In this document: positions 16,637 through 26,235 of the stretch, in pieces
How positions within the stretch are numbered: the stretch's first letter is position 1
Layout of the letters: each line of letters opens with the position of its first letter
Origin: Candidatus Micrarchaeota archaeon
GTDB taxonomy: Archaea; Micrarchaeota; Micrarchaeia; Norongarragalinales; SBBD01
Assembly: GCA_043806595.1 (NCBI GenBank)
Contig: JAZDGU010000034.1
Coordinates: 1 to 46,895, forward strand
Direction of reading: 5' to 3'
Length of the DNA stretch: 46,895 bases
Notes under the pieces: generated by a model
What the model was told of the DNA's origin: nothing
What the model saw: only the letters and a program-made list of their open reading frames with translations
The model's database searches: none
Program-made: the position numbers and the translations under genes

Positions 16637-17152
16637 ATGGCCGAAGGAGGGCAGGCGGAACAGCCGTCCGTGGAAAAGAAGGGGCTCGAGCCCGCGTCAC
16701 GGGGAATTCCCAGCAAGGAGAGCATCTGGTACAGCTACAGCAAGCTCCCCATGGCGGTCACCGCCCGCTGGGAGGCCGAGGACCTGCTCAAACTGGTGTT
16801 CCCCCCGCAGTTCAAGGGCAAGCAGTACGAAGTAGCACTGAAGCTCGTGCAGCAGTTGAGCACCGCCGAACAGATAGACGGCGACTCTCTCGCCAGATGG
16901 CAGCAGGAGAACGGCATAGCCAACTCCACACTCCGCAACCTCGTCATCCCGAGGCTGATATCCGTCGGAATGCTTGCACGAGAGCGCGTCAACCCGACCG
17001 GGCAGACGGAGAAGGACAAGCGCCACGCCATGGTCCTCAAGCTCAGCCTGAGGTTCGGCGAGGCGTTCCAGCACGTCGGCCAGCAGTGGAACAGCATCGT
17101 CGAGACGTGGAGAGTCAAGCGGACCCAGGCCCAAGGCGGCGAGCAGAAGTGA
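16637..17152 (+). CDS. Hypothetical protein, possible winged-helix
   Basis: Strong GC3 bias. IANSTLRNLVIPRLISVGMLARER resembles a wHTH recognition helix and wing. TTTTATA upstream. Confidence 0.75.
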   Translation: MAEGGQAEQPSVEKKGLEPASRGIPSKESIWYSYSKLPMAVTARWEAEDLLKLVFPPQFKGKQYEVALKLVQQLSTAEQIDGDSLARWQQENGIANSTLRNLVIPRLISVGMLARERVNPTGQTEKDKRHAMVLKLSLRFGEAFQHVGQQWNSIVETWRVKRTQAQGGEQK

Positions 17153-18597
17153 ACGCCAGACCCCGGCTAACCGCTGTCGTCGTAATATTCCTGATAGCCC
17201 TGGCCTCAGGCGTCCGGCACGAGGGCTTCTCGAGGTTCTCGCTGACCACGGACGACGTGATCTTCAACCCGTACGGCCAGCAGATCCGCGTCACCTACAT
17301 AGACGCCTCAAACAGCTCCATCAACGCCACCATAATCGACGTCAACGGGGACGCGGAATTCGGCCAGCTGTTCGAGGGCGCGGGCAGGCAATATTTCCGG
17401 CAGTGCATCCTGCTCAACGACGTCTACGTCAGGCCGACGGGAATGCCGGTTGCGGAAATAACGTGGACCGACAACCCGTGCATCTACGCGCACAAGCCGA
17501 CGCTGTATTACGTCCGCATCGTTTCAACGACTGCCACCACGGCCACTATGGCGTGGGACACCAACCTCCCAGCCGATTCACAGGTCGCATACCGCCAGGA
17601 CGTAGGAGCCGAGAAAATCGCGGCCAGCCCCGGCCTAGTTTCGGAGCACGAGGTGACCGTCCGCGGGCTGATGCCGGAGACGAAATACTTCTATCGCGTC
17701 ATCAGCTGCAGCTACGCCAACGAGAGCAACTGCACGAATTCCACGGAGGAAACCTTCGCCACGAACGCGAGCACGGGGTTCAACGCGTGGGGCAGCAGGA
17801 CGCTCGACTATCCATTGCACAGGCGCTCGCCGATTACCGTCGAAGGCTTCAGGATCGAGCTCGTCAGCTCCAATTCCAGCTCCGCCCGGATCACGCTGGC
17901 CCACGACAACACCGACGTCTGCGCGGCATATCCGGACGCGTGCTACGTCGAAAGAGAGCCCAAGGCGAATTTCACTTCGGCAACCGGAGTCATCATCAGC
18001 CTCAAGGACGCCTCCGCGGACACTGCAATCGTCGCGTTCGTCGTCCCCGCCGCCGCCAAATTCCCGCCGGCAGTAATCATCCGCCCGTACGAGAATCCCG
18101 TCGCGTTGAAGAAGAAGACGAAAGTCGAAATCAACATTTTCGAAGTTAACGTCGGCGGCGCAATCGAGCGCGCAAACTTCTCCTACGAGGACGGCGGTGC
18201 CATCCGATGGGGGGAACTGTCGGCGGGCCGTAACACGCCCGAAATCTCTTTCGGCGGCGAAGGTAGCCATACGCTGACTGTATACGCTTCCAACGACGCA
18301 GGCTATTCGACAGCCGTCACTAAATACATCTCCGCTGTGAAGCCGACGGTGGAAGCCCAAGCCCCCGTGAAGCCCGAACTGATAAGAAACGCCACGCCGA
18401 CCCAGACCCCGACGCTCTCCGCAATAGAGCAGGTGCGCAAGAAGCTCGCCGGGGAACAGCGCCCGTTTAATGCGTGGGACTACGTTCCCGCGGCGGCCTC
18501 GGTAATCGGCTTCGCGGCATTGGTCGGTACGGCCTATTATTTCAAGAAAAAACGCAAGCCCAAAGGCCCGGCGGCTGCAGGCACGCCCGCGAAATGA
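17149..18597 (+). CDS. Cell-surface protein: signal peptide, FN3/purple-acid-phosphatase-N-like domain, C-terminal TM anchor
   Basis: GTG start overlaps the upstream stop. Contains ATMAWDTNLPADSQVAY..HEVTVRGLMPETKYFYRV, many NxS/T sequons, and a TM followed by KKKRKPK. Confidence 0.8.
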   Translation: MNARPRLTAVVVIFLIALASGVRHEGFSRFSLTTDDVIFNPYGQQIRVTYIDASNSSINATIIDVNGDAEFGQLFEGAGRQYFRQCILLNDVYVRPTGMPVAEITWTDNPCIYAHKPTLYYVRIVSTTATTATMAWDTNLPADSQVAYRQDVGAEKIAASPGLVSEHEVTVRGLMPETKYFYRVISCSYANESNCTNSTEETFATNASTGFNAWGSRTLDYPLHRRSPITVEGFRIELVSSNSSSARITLAHDNTDVCAAYPDACYVEREPKANFTSATGVIISLKDASADTAIVAFVVPAAAKFPPAVIIRPYENPVALKKKTKVEINIFEVNVGGAIERANFSYEDGGAIRWGELSAGRNTPEISFGGEGSHTLTVYASNDAGYSTAVTKYISAVKPTVEAQAPVKPELIRNATPTQTPTLSAIEQVRKKLAGEQRPFNAWDYVPAAASVIGFAALVGTAYYFKKKRKPKGPAAAGTPAK

Positions 18598-18659
18598 TTT
18601 CCGGCCGGGGAGTGCGCTTTTTTATACCACACCGACGTCAAATCGTCGTGAATGCCGAG

Positions 18660-19202
18660 ATGCCGAAAATGCCGGCGTTGGACTGGAAGCATGCAAGACG
18701 GAAGGCACGCGCCGCGGCACTCGCTTTCGCCGCAGTCGCCCTCGCGCTCCACTTCTCGGTCCCGGCCGTGCAGACGATAACCGAAGCCGCGGACATTATG
18801 GCAGGCAAGCTCGCATACTGCGCGAATTCGCAGCCGAACTGCGTGACCTTCCTGCCCGAAAGATGGATTGCCGGAATCGCGTCCGGAACCGCCGCTGCGG
18901 GCCTCTTCTACGCCCTCGCGCGCGCCTCCAAGACCGCGTGGGACGCCCACCAGGAAAGATACGCCGTTGAGTTCGACGTGCGCTCGGCACAGGCACTTGC
19001 ATTGGGCGCTGGCGCCCTCGCGGTGGTCTACCTCGTCGAGGCCTGGAAATGGTCGAGGTTTTTCATCGCCCACGAGAACGTCCTCTTCAATACCGGGATG
19101 GCGGTGATTTGCGCCTCGGCGGCACTAATCGTCTGGAGCGAATCCGCTAAGATGTCCAAGGGCCAGGCGATGTCGATAGAAATCAACAGGCACACGCAAT
19201 AG
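18660..19202 (+). CDS. Multi-pass membrane protein
   Basis: About four hydrophobic helices. TTTTTATA upstream. Alternative start at 18594. Confidence 0.7.
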   Translation: MPKMPALDWKHARRKARAAALAFAAVALALHFSVPAVQTITEAADIMAGKLAYCANSQPNCVTFLPERWIAGIASGTAAAGLFYALARASKTAWDAHQERYAVEFDVRSAQALALGAGALAVVYLVEAWKWSRFFIAHENVLFNTGMAVICASAALIVWSESAKMSKGQAMSIEINRHTQ

Positions 19203-19210
19203 GGAAAACC

Positions 19211-19636
19211 ATGGACTCGCTGGACTACATCCTTCCTTCGAAACTCAGGGCCGCACTGTTCCTCGCTTTGGTCCTACTGGCGAACACACCGTACATCGGG
19301 ACGTCGGTTTCAGGCAGGAATCAGTGCATGCAGAGCTACTGCGACTCCGCCGCGGACCCCTACTGCAACCCCGGGAAGCAATGCTCCCTGGAATATCAGT
19401 CTAAGCCAAGCTGGGTGTTCTGGTGGCCTTACCCCGAATTCACGGTTTCATACGGGCAAGTGCAGTTCAGCGCCGACTCGGCGCCGTTGATTGCCATTCA
19501 GGGGAAGCCCGAGCTCTACAGTGCCGACGGCCTCGCAGCCACTCTCGCCTACTGGTACGCCGTAGTGCTCCTGATAACGATTCCTTTGGGCAGGGAGGGA
19601 AAGAACGGGGAAGAGGAGGAAAGGCGCTCAGGATAA
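19211..19636 (+). CDS. Membrane protein with Cys-rich extracellular loop
   Basis: N- and C-terminal TM segments flank four Cys. Confidence 0.7.
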   Translation: MDSLDYILPSKLRAALFLALVLLANTPYIGTSVSGRNQCMQSYCDSAADPYCNPGKQCSLEYQSKPSWVFWWPYPEFTVSYGQVQFSADSAPLIAIQGKPELYSADGLAATLAYWYAVVLLITIPLGREGKNGEEEERRSG

Positions 19637-20524
19637 CCCCAGCATGCCGCGCACGCTTTCCACGATTGCCGCGTCCATTTCGGAGCAATAACCGTGGTTG
19701 GTGCAGTTAACCTCGTAGAGCCTCTTCGGCTGACCGGCGAGATTGAAGCTCCTCCTCGCGTCTGCGATTGGAACGGCCCTGTCCTGCGCCGAGTGGATGA
19801 AGGCCACCTGCCGCGGGGAAATGGCCAGCACGTAGCTGTCGGGGTCTACCGAGCGGATGAAGAGCGACGCGTTGGCGTCCTCCATCTGCGGCCTGCCGTA
19901 CCCGGAGGTGCTTATCCCCAAAACCCCGCGAACTCCGGGCTCGATTCCGCCGGCAACCAACGCCGCCCTTCCGCCCATGCTCTCGCCCGCGACCACGATG
20001 GAAGAGGGGTTCACATCAGGCCGCGACCTCAAGTAGTCGAAAGCCAGGAGCGCGTCGTGGAAATACAGGTACTGCGACGGCTCGCCTCCGGATTGGAAGA
20101 CCGAGAAGTCGTCATCCATAGAGGCAATGACGCCGCCGGACTCGCCGAAGCCCCGCTGGTCAAGGGAGAAGACCGAAATCCCGTACGGCGCAAGAAGCCC
20201 TGCATACGCCTTTCCTACCTCCTTGCCGACGCCCGCCCCGGGCAAAAACACAAACGCGGGCTTCTTTTCGTCGCCGGCTTCCGGAACCCACAGCAAACCT
20301 GCAATGGTCGAGTTCCTTCCCGCAAACAGGACTTTAAACGCCGAGGTACCGGGCACGTCCGACCAAATGGGCGTGACATTCGCCTGCACGGGCGCGCGTC
20401 CAGTGTACGATAGCCTGCCTTGGGCATCGAGGGAATAGAACGGCTTTTCCGGGGTTTCCGAAATGCAACCGGATAAAATGACGGCAACGAGCACTGCGAA
20501 GACAATCGCTGGGAAATTTATCAT
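19628..20524 (-). CDS. Secreted alpha/beta hydrolase (lipoprotein-like)
   Basis: LSGC lipobox-like signal, DQRGFGES, GESMGG nucleophile elbow, D and H triad candidates. Confidence 0.88.
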   Translation of the reverse strand: MINFPAIVFAVLVAVILSGCISETPEKPFYSLDAQGRLSYTGRAPVQANVTPIWSDVPGTSAFKVLFAGRNSTIAGLLWVPEAGDEKKPAFVFLPGAGVGKEVGKAYAGLLAPYGISVFSLDQRGFGESGGVIASMDDDFSVFQSGGEPSQYLYFHDALLAFDYLRSRPDVNPSSIVVAGESMGGRAALVAGGIEPGVRGVLGISTSGYGRPQMEDANASLFIRSVDPDSYVLAISPRQVAFIHSAQDRAVPIADARRSFNLAGQPKRLYEVNCTNHGYCSEMDAAIVESVRGMLGLS

Positions 20525-20781
20525 ACGAGGTATTCGCCGGAGTCCTTGTCCCTGACGCGGATTACATTGACCGGGCAGCCCTTGGCGGCCTTGAGCATGT
20601 CACCGAGTTCGCCCTCGCCGATTTCCTTCGTCCAGACGCCCGTGGAAGCGTCCTCCAAACCCCCCACGAGGTCGGCCTTGACGTCGCCGCCGAGCTGCCA
20701 GTCGCGAGGGTCCACCTCGACGCAGTACGTCGCGCTGATGCACCCGTGCCGCCTGTATTCGACGATGTATATCTTTTCCAA
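20521..20781 (-). CDS. Monocluster ferredoxin (probably 3Fe-4S)
   Basis: CISATYC (second Cys replaced by Ala) and AAKGCPVNVI. TTG start with GGGAGG SD. Confidence 0.85.
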   Translation of the reverse strand: MEKIYIVEYRRHGCISATYCVEVDPRDWQLGGDVKADLVGGLEDASTGVWTKEIGEGELGDMLKAAKGCPVNVIRVRDKDSGEYLV

Positions 20782-21045
20782 ACCGCCCCTCCCCCCAAAA
20801 AAATTTCCTTCTCGATGCTGACGGCGGCGCTGAATAAAAACTTGCCTGTATGCGTTAGGGCTAGTGGTGCTCCTCGGCGACTTGATGAAGAACGACGCCG
20901 CTTTGGATCTGTTGAAGTTGTTGTTGGCAGCGAACCCGAACCTGGCGAACCTTCAGCAGACGATTGCGACCATGCCGACCGAGCAACTGCAAGCGATAGA
21001 CAACGACTTGCAACAAATCGGGGGAGATTTGCCAATTTCTATAAA

Positions 21046-21120
21046 TGGACCCGGGGAGATTTGAACTCCCGACCTTTCGATTATCAGTCGAACGCTCCAA
21101 CCAGGCTAAGCTACGGGTCC
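21046..21120 (-). tRNA. tRNA-Ile (GAU), CCA not encoded
   Basis: Reverse complement GGACCCG TAGCTTAGCCTGGTTGGAGCG TTCGA CTGATAA TCGAA AGGTC GGGAG TTCAAAT CTCCC CGGGTCC A forms a full cloverleaf. Confidence 0.97.
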
Positions 21121-21312
21121 ATTAAGAATATTGTTTTACGGTCAAATTATTTAAAGTGGGGTAGAGGCGACACGAGTAGGGGGCGCTCCCCCTATTGGTG
21201 TCCCATGGCTAAGCTACGGGTCCAACGCAGTAATTGTTAACTGGCCAAATTTTTAAAAGGGGGGCAGAGGCGACACAAGTGGGGGGGATTCGCCCTAAAG
21301 GCGTCCCATGGC
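21104..21312. repeat. Diverged tandem duplication, period 103 bp, including the tRNA-Ile 5' end and upstream region
   Basis: GGCTAAGCTACGGGTCCA at 21104 and 21207. AGAGGCGACAC..GTCCCATGGC is colinear at 21163-21209 and 21266-21312. Confidence 0.85.
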
Positions 21313-21330
21313 AATGCTGCCGCCGGGGGC

Positions 21331-23814
21331 CTACCACTCGCCGGGCTTCTTGGCGTCGTCCTTGTCCGCGAGGTACTTCAGGCGCTCGAGCATTATCTTG
21401 GTCTCGACACTCGCGACGCGCTCGCGGGTGAGCTCGATGACGTCGGGATTCACGCTGATGCTGTCGATGCCGTAGCGCACGAGGGCCTCTGCGAACTCGG
21501 GGTAGACTGAAGGCGCCTGCCCGCAGATCCCGACCTTTACGCCGTACTTGTGGCACGTCTCAATCACGTGCTTGAGGCTGCGCATGACCGCGTGGTCGCG
21601 CTCGTCGAAGTCTTCTGCCACCGTAGGCGAGTCGCGGTCAACTCCTAGAGTAAGCTGGGTGAGGTCGTTGCTGCCGATGCTGAAGAAATCCAGCCCGGCC
21701 TCGCAGAACTCGTCCGCGAGGATGACCGTAGAGGGGATCTCGCACATTATGCCCATCTTGAAGTCGTCGTTGCGCTTGAGGCCCGCCTTCTCGGCCATCT
21801 CCTTGCAAACCTTGTATTCGTGCACACGCCTTACGAACGGGATCATGAGCCATAGGTTGGTCATGCCGTACTGCTCGCGCACCTTCTTGATCGCTTCGAG
21901 CTCCAAGGCGAAGACCTCGGGCTCCTTGACGTAGCGGAAGCACCCCCGAAAGCCGATCATGGGGTTCTCCTCCTGCGGCTCGAATTCCGCGCCGCCCTCC
22001 AGGTTGCGGTATTCGTTGGTCTTGAAGTCGGTGGCGCGGTAGATGACCGGCCGGGGCGAGAACGCGGCGCAGAACTTGCGCAGGCCCTTTGCCAGCGAGT
22101 CCACGAACTCCTTCTGCCTTCCCTCCTTTATGAGCATCTTCGGGTGCTTGCCGATGCCAGCGAGCATGAACTCCGCGCGGAGGAGCCCGACGCCGTCGAC
22201 GTTCTCGGCGGCGACCTGGTCGGCCTTCTCCGGCTCGGCGAGGTTCACGTAAATCTTCGTACCCGTGATTACCACGGGCTTGGAAACGGCGCCAGCAACG
22301 GCCGCGGAACCCTTCCCTGCGGCGGACTTGGCCTTCTCCTCCTCGAAAGCGACCCTGCCCTCGTAGACCACGCCTCGGAAGGCGTCGACAGTGATGATGT
22401 CGCCGTCCTTGAGCTTCTTGGTCGCCTCCCTCGTGCCTACGACGCAGGGAATGCCAAGCTCACGAGACACGATAGAAGCATGGCAGGTAGCTCCGCCCTC
22501 GTCGGTGACGATGCCGGAGGCCTTCTTCATGGCGGGCACGAAATCGGGCGTGGTCATCCTCGTCACGAGGATGTCCCCCGCGTAGACCTTCGTAATCTCG
22601 CTCATGTCCTTCATGACCTTGACCGGGCCCCAGGCGATTCCGGGGGAGGCCCTGATGCCGTGAAGAATCTCCTTTGCCTGTTCAAGCGGCGTCTCCTTTA
22701 CCTCGAACGGGTCGTCGGCAAGCGGCTTTTTAGGGCCCTCGACGGCCGGTTCCTTGTTTTCACCTTCAACGGCCACTTCCTTCACCTCCTCTACGTTGTC
22801 GGTCCGCTGGTCCTTTATGCCCCCGGCTGCCTGCTTCCTCTTGAGGGTGGTTATGGCGCGGCTCTGCACGATGTAGACGCGCTTGCCCTCGATGGCCCAC
22901 TCCATGTCCTGCGGGAAACTGTAATGCTGCTCGATCTTAACGCCGTAGGCGGCGAGCTGGAGGATCTCGTCCTCGGAAAGTTTCTGGACCTCCTGCAGCT
23001 CGTCAGGCACTCGCACCTCCTGGTTGCCCGCGGAGGAGCGAACAATCATCATGTCCTGCCGGTTGACCTGCTTCTCGATGATTTTCATTGAAGGCTTGTC
23101 GACGACGTAGAGGTCGGGGGTGATTGCGCCGCTGACGACGGCCTCGCCGAGCCCGAAACCGGCCTCGATGACGAGCTGGTCCTCATTCATGCCGACGGGG
23201 TCCACCGAGAACATGACGCCCGACTTGTCGCTCTGCACCATGCGCTGTACGACGACGGCGATGCCGACGCGCAAGTTGTCGAAGTGCTGCTGCGCGCGGT
23301 AGTATATGGCACGCGCCTCGAAAAGCGAGGCCCAGCAGGCCTTGACCGCCTGCACGAGGTTGTCCGCGCCCTTGACGTTGAGGAAAGTCGCCTGCTGTCC
23401 CGCGAAACTAGCCTCGGGCAGGTCCTCGGCGGTCGCGGAAGAACGCACGGCGACGAACACTTCCTCGCCCTGAGCGGGGATGAAGCTCGTCGAGCCGCAC
23501 AGGCGGTTGTATCCGGACACTATCTCGGCTCGGATGTCGTCGGGGACGCGCTGCGCGACAATCGCCTGCTTGAGCCGGACGCTTATCTGCTCCAGTTTCC
23601 CGGTGTCCTCGGAATCGAGGCCCGCCGTCAGCTCCTTTATCACGTTGTCCAGTCCGCAGCCGCGGATGAACGAGAAGTAGCTGTCCGCCGAGACGATGAA
23701 GCCCTCCGGCACCGGCAGGCCGTGGTTGAACATCTCTCCGAGGTTGGCGCCCTTGCCGCCGGCGATGGCGAGCGAACTCCTGTCCAGTTCCTTGAACCAG
23801 TAAACGTGCTTCAT
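21331..23814 (-). CDS. ppsA: Phosphoenolpyruvate synthase
   Basis: GGKGANLGEM, AVRSSATAED, SFAGQ, GGATCHASIVSRE (phospho-His), EENPMIGFRG, SIGSNDLTQ and ICGQAPS motifs. Confidence 0.96.
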   Translation of the reverse strand: MKHVYWFKELDRSSLAIAGGKGANLGEMFNHGLPVPEGFIVSADSYFSFIRGCGLDNVIKELTAGLDSEDTGKLEQISVRLKQAIVAQRVPDDIRAEIVSGYNRLCGSTSFIPAQGEEVFVAVRSSATAEDLPEASFAGQQATFLNVKGADNLVQAVKACWASLFEARAIYYRAQQHFDNLRVGIAVVVQRMVQSDKSGVMFSVDPVGMNEDQLVIEAGFGLGEAVVSGAITPDLYVVDKPSMKIIEKQVNRQDMMIVRSSAGNQEVRVPDELQEVQKLSEDEILQLAAYGVKIEQHYSFPQDMEWAIEGKRVYIVQSRAITTLKRKQAAGGIKDQRTDNVEEVKEVAVEGENKEPAVEGPKKPLADDPFEVKETPLEQAKEILHGIRASPGIAWGPVKVMKDMSEITKVYAGDILVTRMTTPDFVPAMKKASGIVTDEGGATCHASIVSRELGIPCVVGTREATKKLKDGDIITVDAFRGVVYEGRVAFEEEKAKSAAGKGSAAVAGAVSKPVVITGTKIYVNLAEPEKADQVAAENVDGVGLLRAEFMLAGIGKHPKMLIKEGRQKEFVDSLAKGLRKFCAAFSPRPVIYRATDFKTNEYRNLEGGAEFEPQEENPMIGFRGCFRYVKEPEVFALELEAIKKVREQYGMTNLWLMIPFVRRVHEYKVCKEMAEKAGLKRNDDFKMGIMCEIPSTVILADEFCEAGLDFFSIGSNDLTQLTLGVDRDSPTVAEDFDERDHAVMRSLKHVIETCHKYGVKVGICGQAPSVYPEFAEALVRYGIDSISVNPDVIELTRERVASVETKIMLERLKYLADKDDAKKPGEW

Positions 23815-24069
23815 GAGAGAATCCCCCTCGGAACGCCTTACCTGAAGGCTAGTGGCTGCATAACACCCACGGCTTATAAAAGGCTATCGTAATGCGAGGG
23901 AACATTAGGCATTCCGATGCCGTGCGACGAGAACGTTTTTAAACCTTCATCGCCAAACATGATTCCGCTGTTTTTCCCGCCAAGACTGCTTGTGCAGGAG
24001 GGATTGGGGCCGCAAAGGCGGTTCCGCATTCTCCGGAAAAACGCTTTACCGCGAGAGCAGGGAATACGA

Positions 24070-24705
24070 ATGGCAATAACGAAGGAGACGATAAACGCCG
24101 GCGTCGCGCAGGCGCTGGAGGACAAGGGCAAGCGCAAGTTCCAGCAGAGCGTAGACCTCGCGGTCAACCTGCAGGACGCCGATTTCAAGAAGCCCGAGAA
24201 CCGCATCAACCTCGAGATAATCCTCCCGCATCCCGCCAACCAGCTGAAGGTCGCCGTGTTCGCCGACGGCCAGCTCGCGGTCGAGGCCAAGAAGTACGCC
24301 GACCTCGTGATTACCTCGGGCGAGCTCAACGCATACGCGCAGGACAAGAAGAAGCAGGAACAGCTCGCGGGGCTCGCCGTTCTCGCGATGCCGCAGCTGA
24401 TGGCGCAGGTGGGCAAGATCTTCGGCCAGTTCCTCGCGGCAAGGGGCAGGCTGCCGAAGCCCATACTCCCGAACGCCAACCTCAAGGACCTCGTGGAGAA
24501 CACGCGCAGGAGCGTCGTCCTCAAGAGCAAGGGCAAGATGCTCCCAACGCTCCACTGCATCGTCGGCAAGGAGGCGCTGCCGACCGATGACATCACCGAA
24601 AACATTATCACGGTGCTCGACGCGCTAAAGAAGAAGATCTCCGAGCACCAGATTTCAAGCATCTGCATCAAGCTAACGATGGGCAGGAGCATCAGAGTGA
24701 GGTAG
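24070..24705 (+). CDS. rpl1: 50S ribosomal protein uL1
   Basis: RKFQQSVDLAVNL, LPH, LHCIVGKE and KLTMG motifs. Confidence 0.95.
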   Translation: MAITKETINAGVAQALEDKGKRKFQQSVDLAVNLQDADFKKPENRINLEIILPHPANQLKVAVFADGQLAVEAKKYADLVITSGELNAYAQDKKKQEQLAGLAVLAMPQLMAQVGKIFGQFLAARGRLPKPILPNANLKDLVENTRRSVVLKSKGKMLPTLHCIVGKEALPTDDITENIITVLDALKKKISEHQISSICIKLTMGRSIRVR

Positions 24706-24706
24706 A

Positions 24707-25567
24707 ATGCCGGTATCACGCAAGGAGAAGCAGGAGGCCGTGCAGGCGCTCAAGCGGAAGCTCGGCGAGTACAAGGTCGTGGCCGTAGCGAGCATCCAGA
24801 ACCTGCCGAGCAGGCACTTCAATTCCGTGCGCAAGAAGATCCGCGGGCAGGCCGAGATGTTCATGGCGCGCGAGACGCTGATGACGAGGGCCATCGGCGA
24901 GGCGAGGCCCGAGCTCAAGCCGCTGATTGAAAAATTCAAGGGAAGCTGCGTGCTGCTGCTCACAAACGAGAGCGCGTTCAAGCTCGCGAAGCTGCTGCGC
25001 AAGAGCCGGAGCAAGACTTTCGCGAAGGCCGGACAGATAGCGCCTAGCGACATAATCGTGCCCGCCGGCGAGACCAGCCTTCCGCCCGGCCCAGTGCTCA
25101 CCGAGCTCAAGAACGCGAAGGTACAGGCGAGGATACAGGGCCCGAAGGTGGTGATTTCCGCCGACGCGACGGTCGCGAGGAAGGGCGAAGCCATAACACC
25201 CGCTGTTGCCGCCGTTCTCTCCAAGCTCGCAATCGAGCCCATGGAAGTCGGCATGAAGCTGACCGCCGCATATGAGGACGGCATGCTCTACTCCGAGGAA
25301 GTGCTGGACATCGACGACAGCTGGTGGCTCCAGCAGCTGGCCCTCGCGCACGCGCAGGCGCTCAACCTCGCGGTCGAGGCGGAAATATTCAACGCGGCAA
25401 GCACGCCGCTCATCATCCAGAAGGCGGCAAGGCAGGCCAACGCGATAAAGTCCCTCGTGGACTCGAAGGCGGAAAAACCTGCACCGGAAGCGCCGAAGGC
25501 GGAGCAGCCGGTCGTTGAACAGAAACAGGAAGGCGCGCCGCAGGCGCAGCCCGAGAAAAATTCGTGA
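24707..25567 (+). CDS. rpl10: 50S ribosomal protein uL10 (P0)
   Basis: [24 protein letters not shown] and [12 protein letters not shown]. Located between rpl1 and rpl12. Confidence 0.95.
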   Translation: MPVSRKEKQEAVQALKRKLGEYKVVAVASIQNLPSRHFNSVRKKIRGQAEMFMARETLMTRAIGEARPELKPLIEKFKGSCVLLLTNESAFKLAKLLRKSRSKTFAKAGQIAPSDIIVPAGETSLPPGPVLTELKNAKVQARIQGPKVVISADATVARKGEAITPAVAAVLSKLAIEPMEVGMKLTAAYEDGMLYSEEVLDIDDSWWLQQLALAHAQALNLAVEAEIFNAASTPLIIQKAARQANAIKSLVDSKAEKPAPEAPKAEQPVVEQKQEGAPQAQPEKNS

Positions 25568-25577
25568 GGTGTTTTGT

Positions 25578-25871
25578 ATGGAGTACGTATACGCGGCCCT
25601 CTTGCTGCACACGGCCAAGCAGCCCGTCAACGAGGACAACGTGAAGAAGGTCCTTGCGGATGCGGGCGTTCAGGCCGACGCGGGCAAGCTCAAGAGCCTC
25701 GTCTCCTCCCTCGAGGGCGTCAACATCGACGACGCCATCAAGCAGGCCGCAGTAGCGGCCGTGGCCGCGCCCGCAGCGGGCGCCGCGAAAAAGGAGGAGA
25801 AGAAGGAGGAGGTCTCCGAAGAGAAGAAGGAGGAGGAGGCTGCAGCCGGGCTTGCGGCGCTCTTCGGTTGA
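25578..25871 (+). CDS. rpl12: 50S ribosomal stalk protein P1 (aL12)
   Basis: [32 protein letters not shown] upstream. Confidence 0.97.
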   Translation: MEYVYAALLLHTAKQPVNEDNVKKVLADAGVQADAGKLKSLVSSLEGVNIDDAIKQAAVAAVAAPAAGAAKKEEKKEEVSEEKKEEEAAAGLAALFG

Positions 25872-25902
25872 AAACACCGAAGGCCAATTTTTTTATTTTT
25901 TT
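25862..25902 (+). terminator. Putative terminator of the stalk operon
   Basis: CTTCGGT/ACCGAAG stem followed by TTTTTTTATTTTTTT. Confidence 0.55.
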
Positions 25903-25969
25903 GGGAAGCGCCGGTCCGGCAGCATCCGCCTAATTCAGATGAACCGGACGGGCGGAGTTTTTTTCAGCC

Positions 25970-26065
25970 CTAGTCGCAGCAACAGCAGCACTTCTTTTTC
26001 GCTGCGGCCTTCTTGACTGATTTTGCCTTGCGCGACTTCCTTGACGCCGATTTTTTCACTGCCAC
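25970..26065 (-). CDS. 31-aa Lys/Ala-rich peptide ending CCCCCD
   Basis: GTG start 5 nt after a GGGTGA SD, giving MAVKKSASRKSRKAKSVKKAAAKKKCCCCCD. TTTTATTAT upstream. Confidence 0.6.
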   Translation of the reverse strand: MAVKKSASRKSRKAKSVKKAAAKKKCCCCCD

Positions 26066-26235
26066 TGCAATCACCCTTGCCTTTGTGAAAAAGACGGTGC
26101 ATAATAAAAGCGTTTCGCAAAAAACGGGTGGAAAAGCCTCCGGGTAAAAAATGGAGGCCGGTAAGTGGGCCTGCGCAGGCAATGCTTGAACCGTATGTTG
26201 GCGTTTAAAAAACAGGCGGATGAAAAGACGGAAGG

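Noticed and set aside
16522..17148. N-terminal part of the 691-aa ORF 16522-18597
   Set aside because: It overlaps the better-supported 16637-17152 gene in another frame. The signal peptide starts at GTG 17149.
21046..21224. Split or permuted tRNA
   Set aside because: The tRNA-Ile gene is complete. The extra fragment is only 17 nt and no matching 3' half or bulge-helix-bulge was identified.
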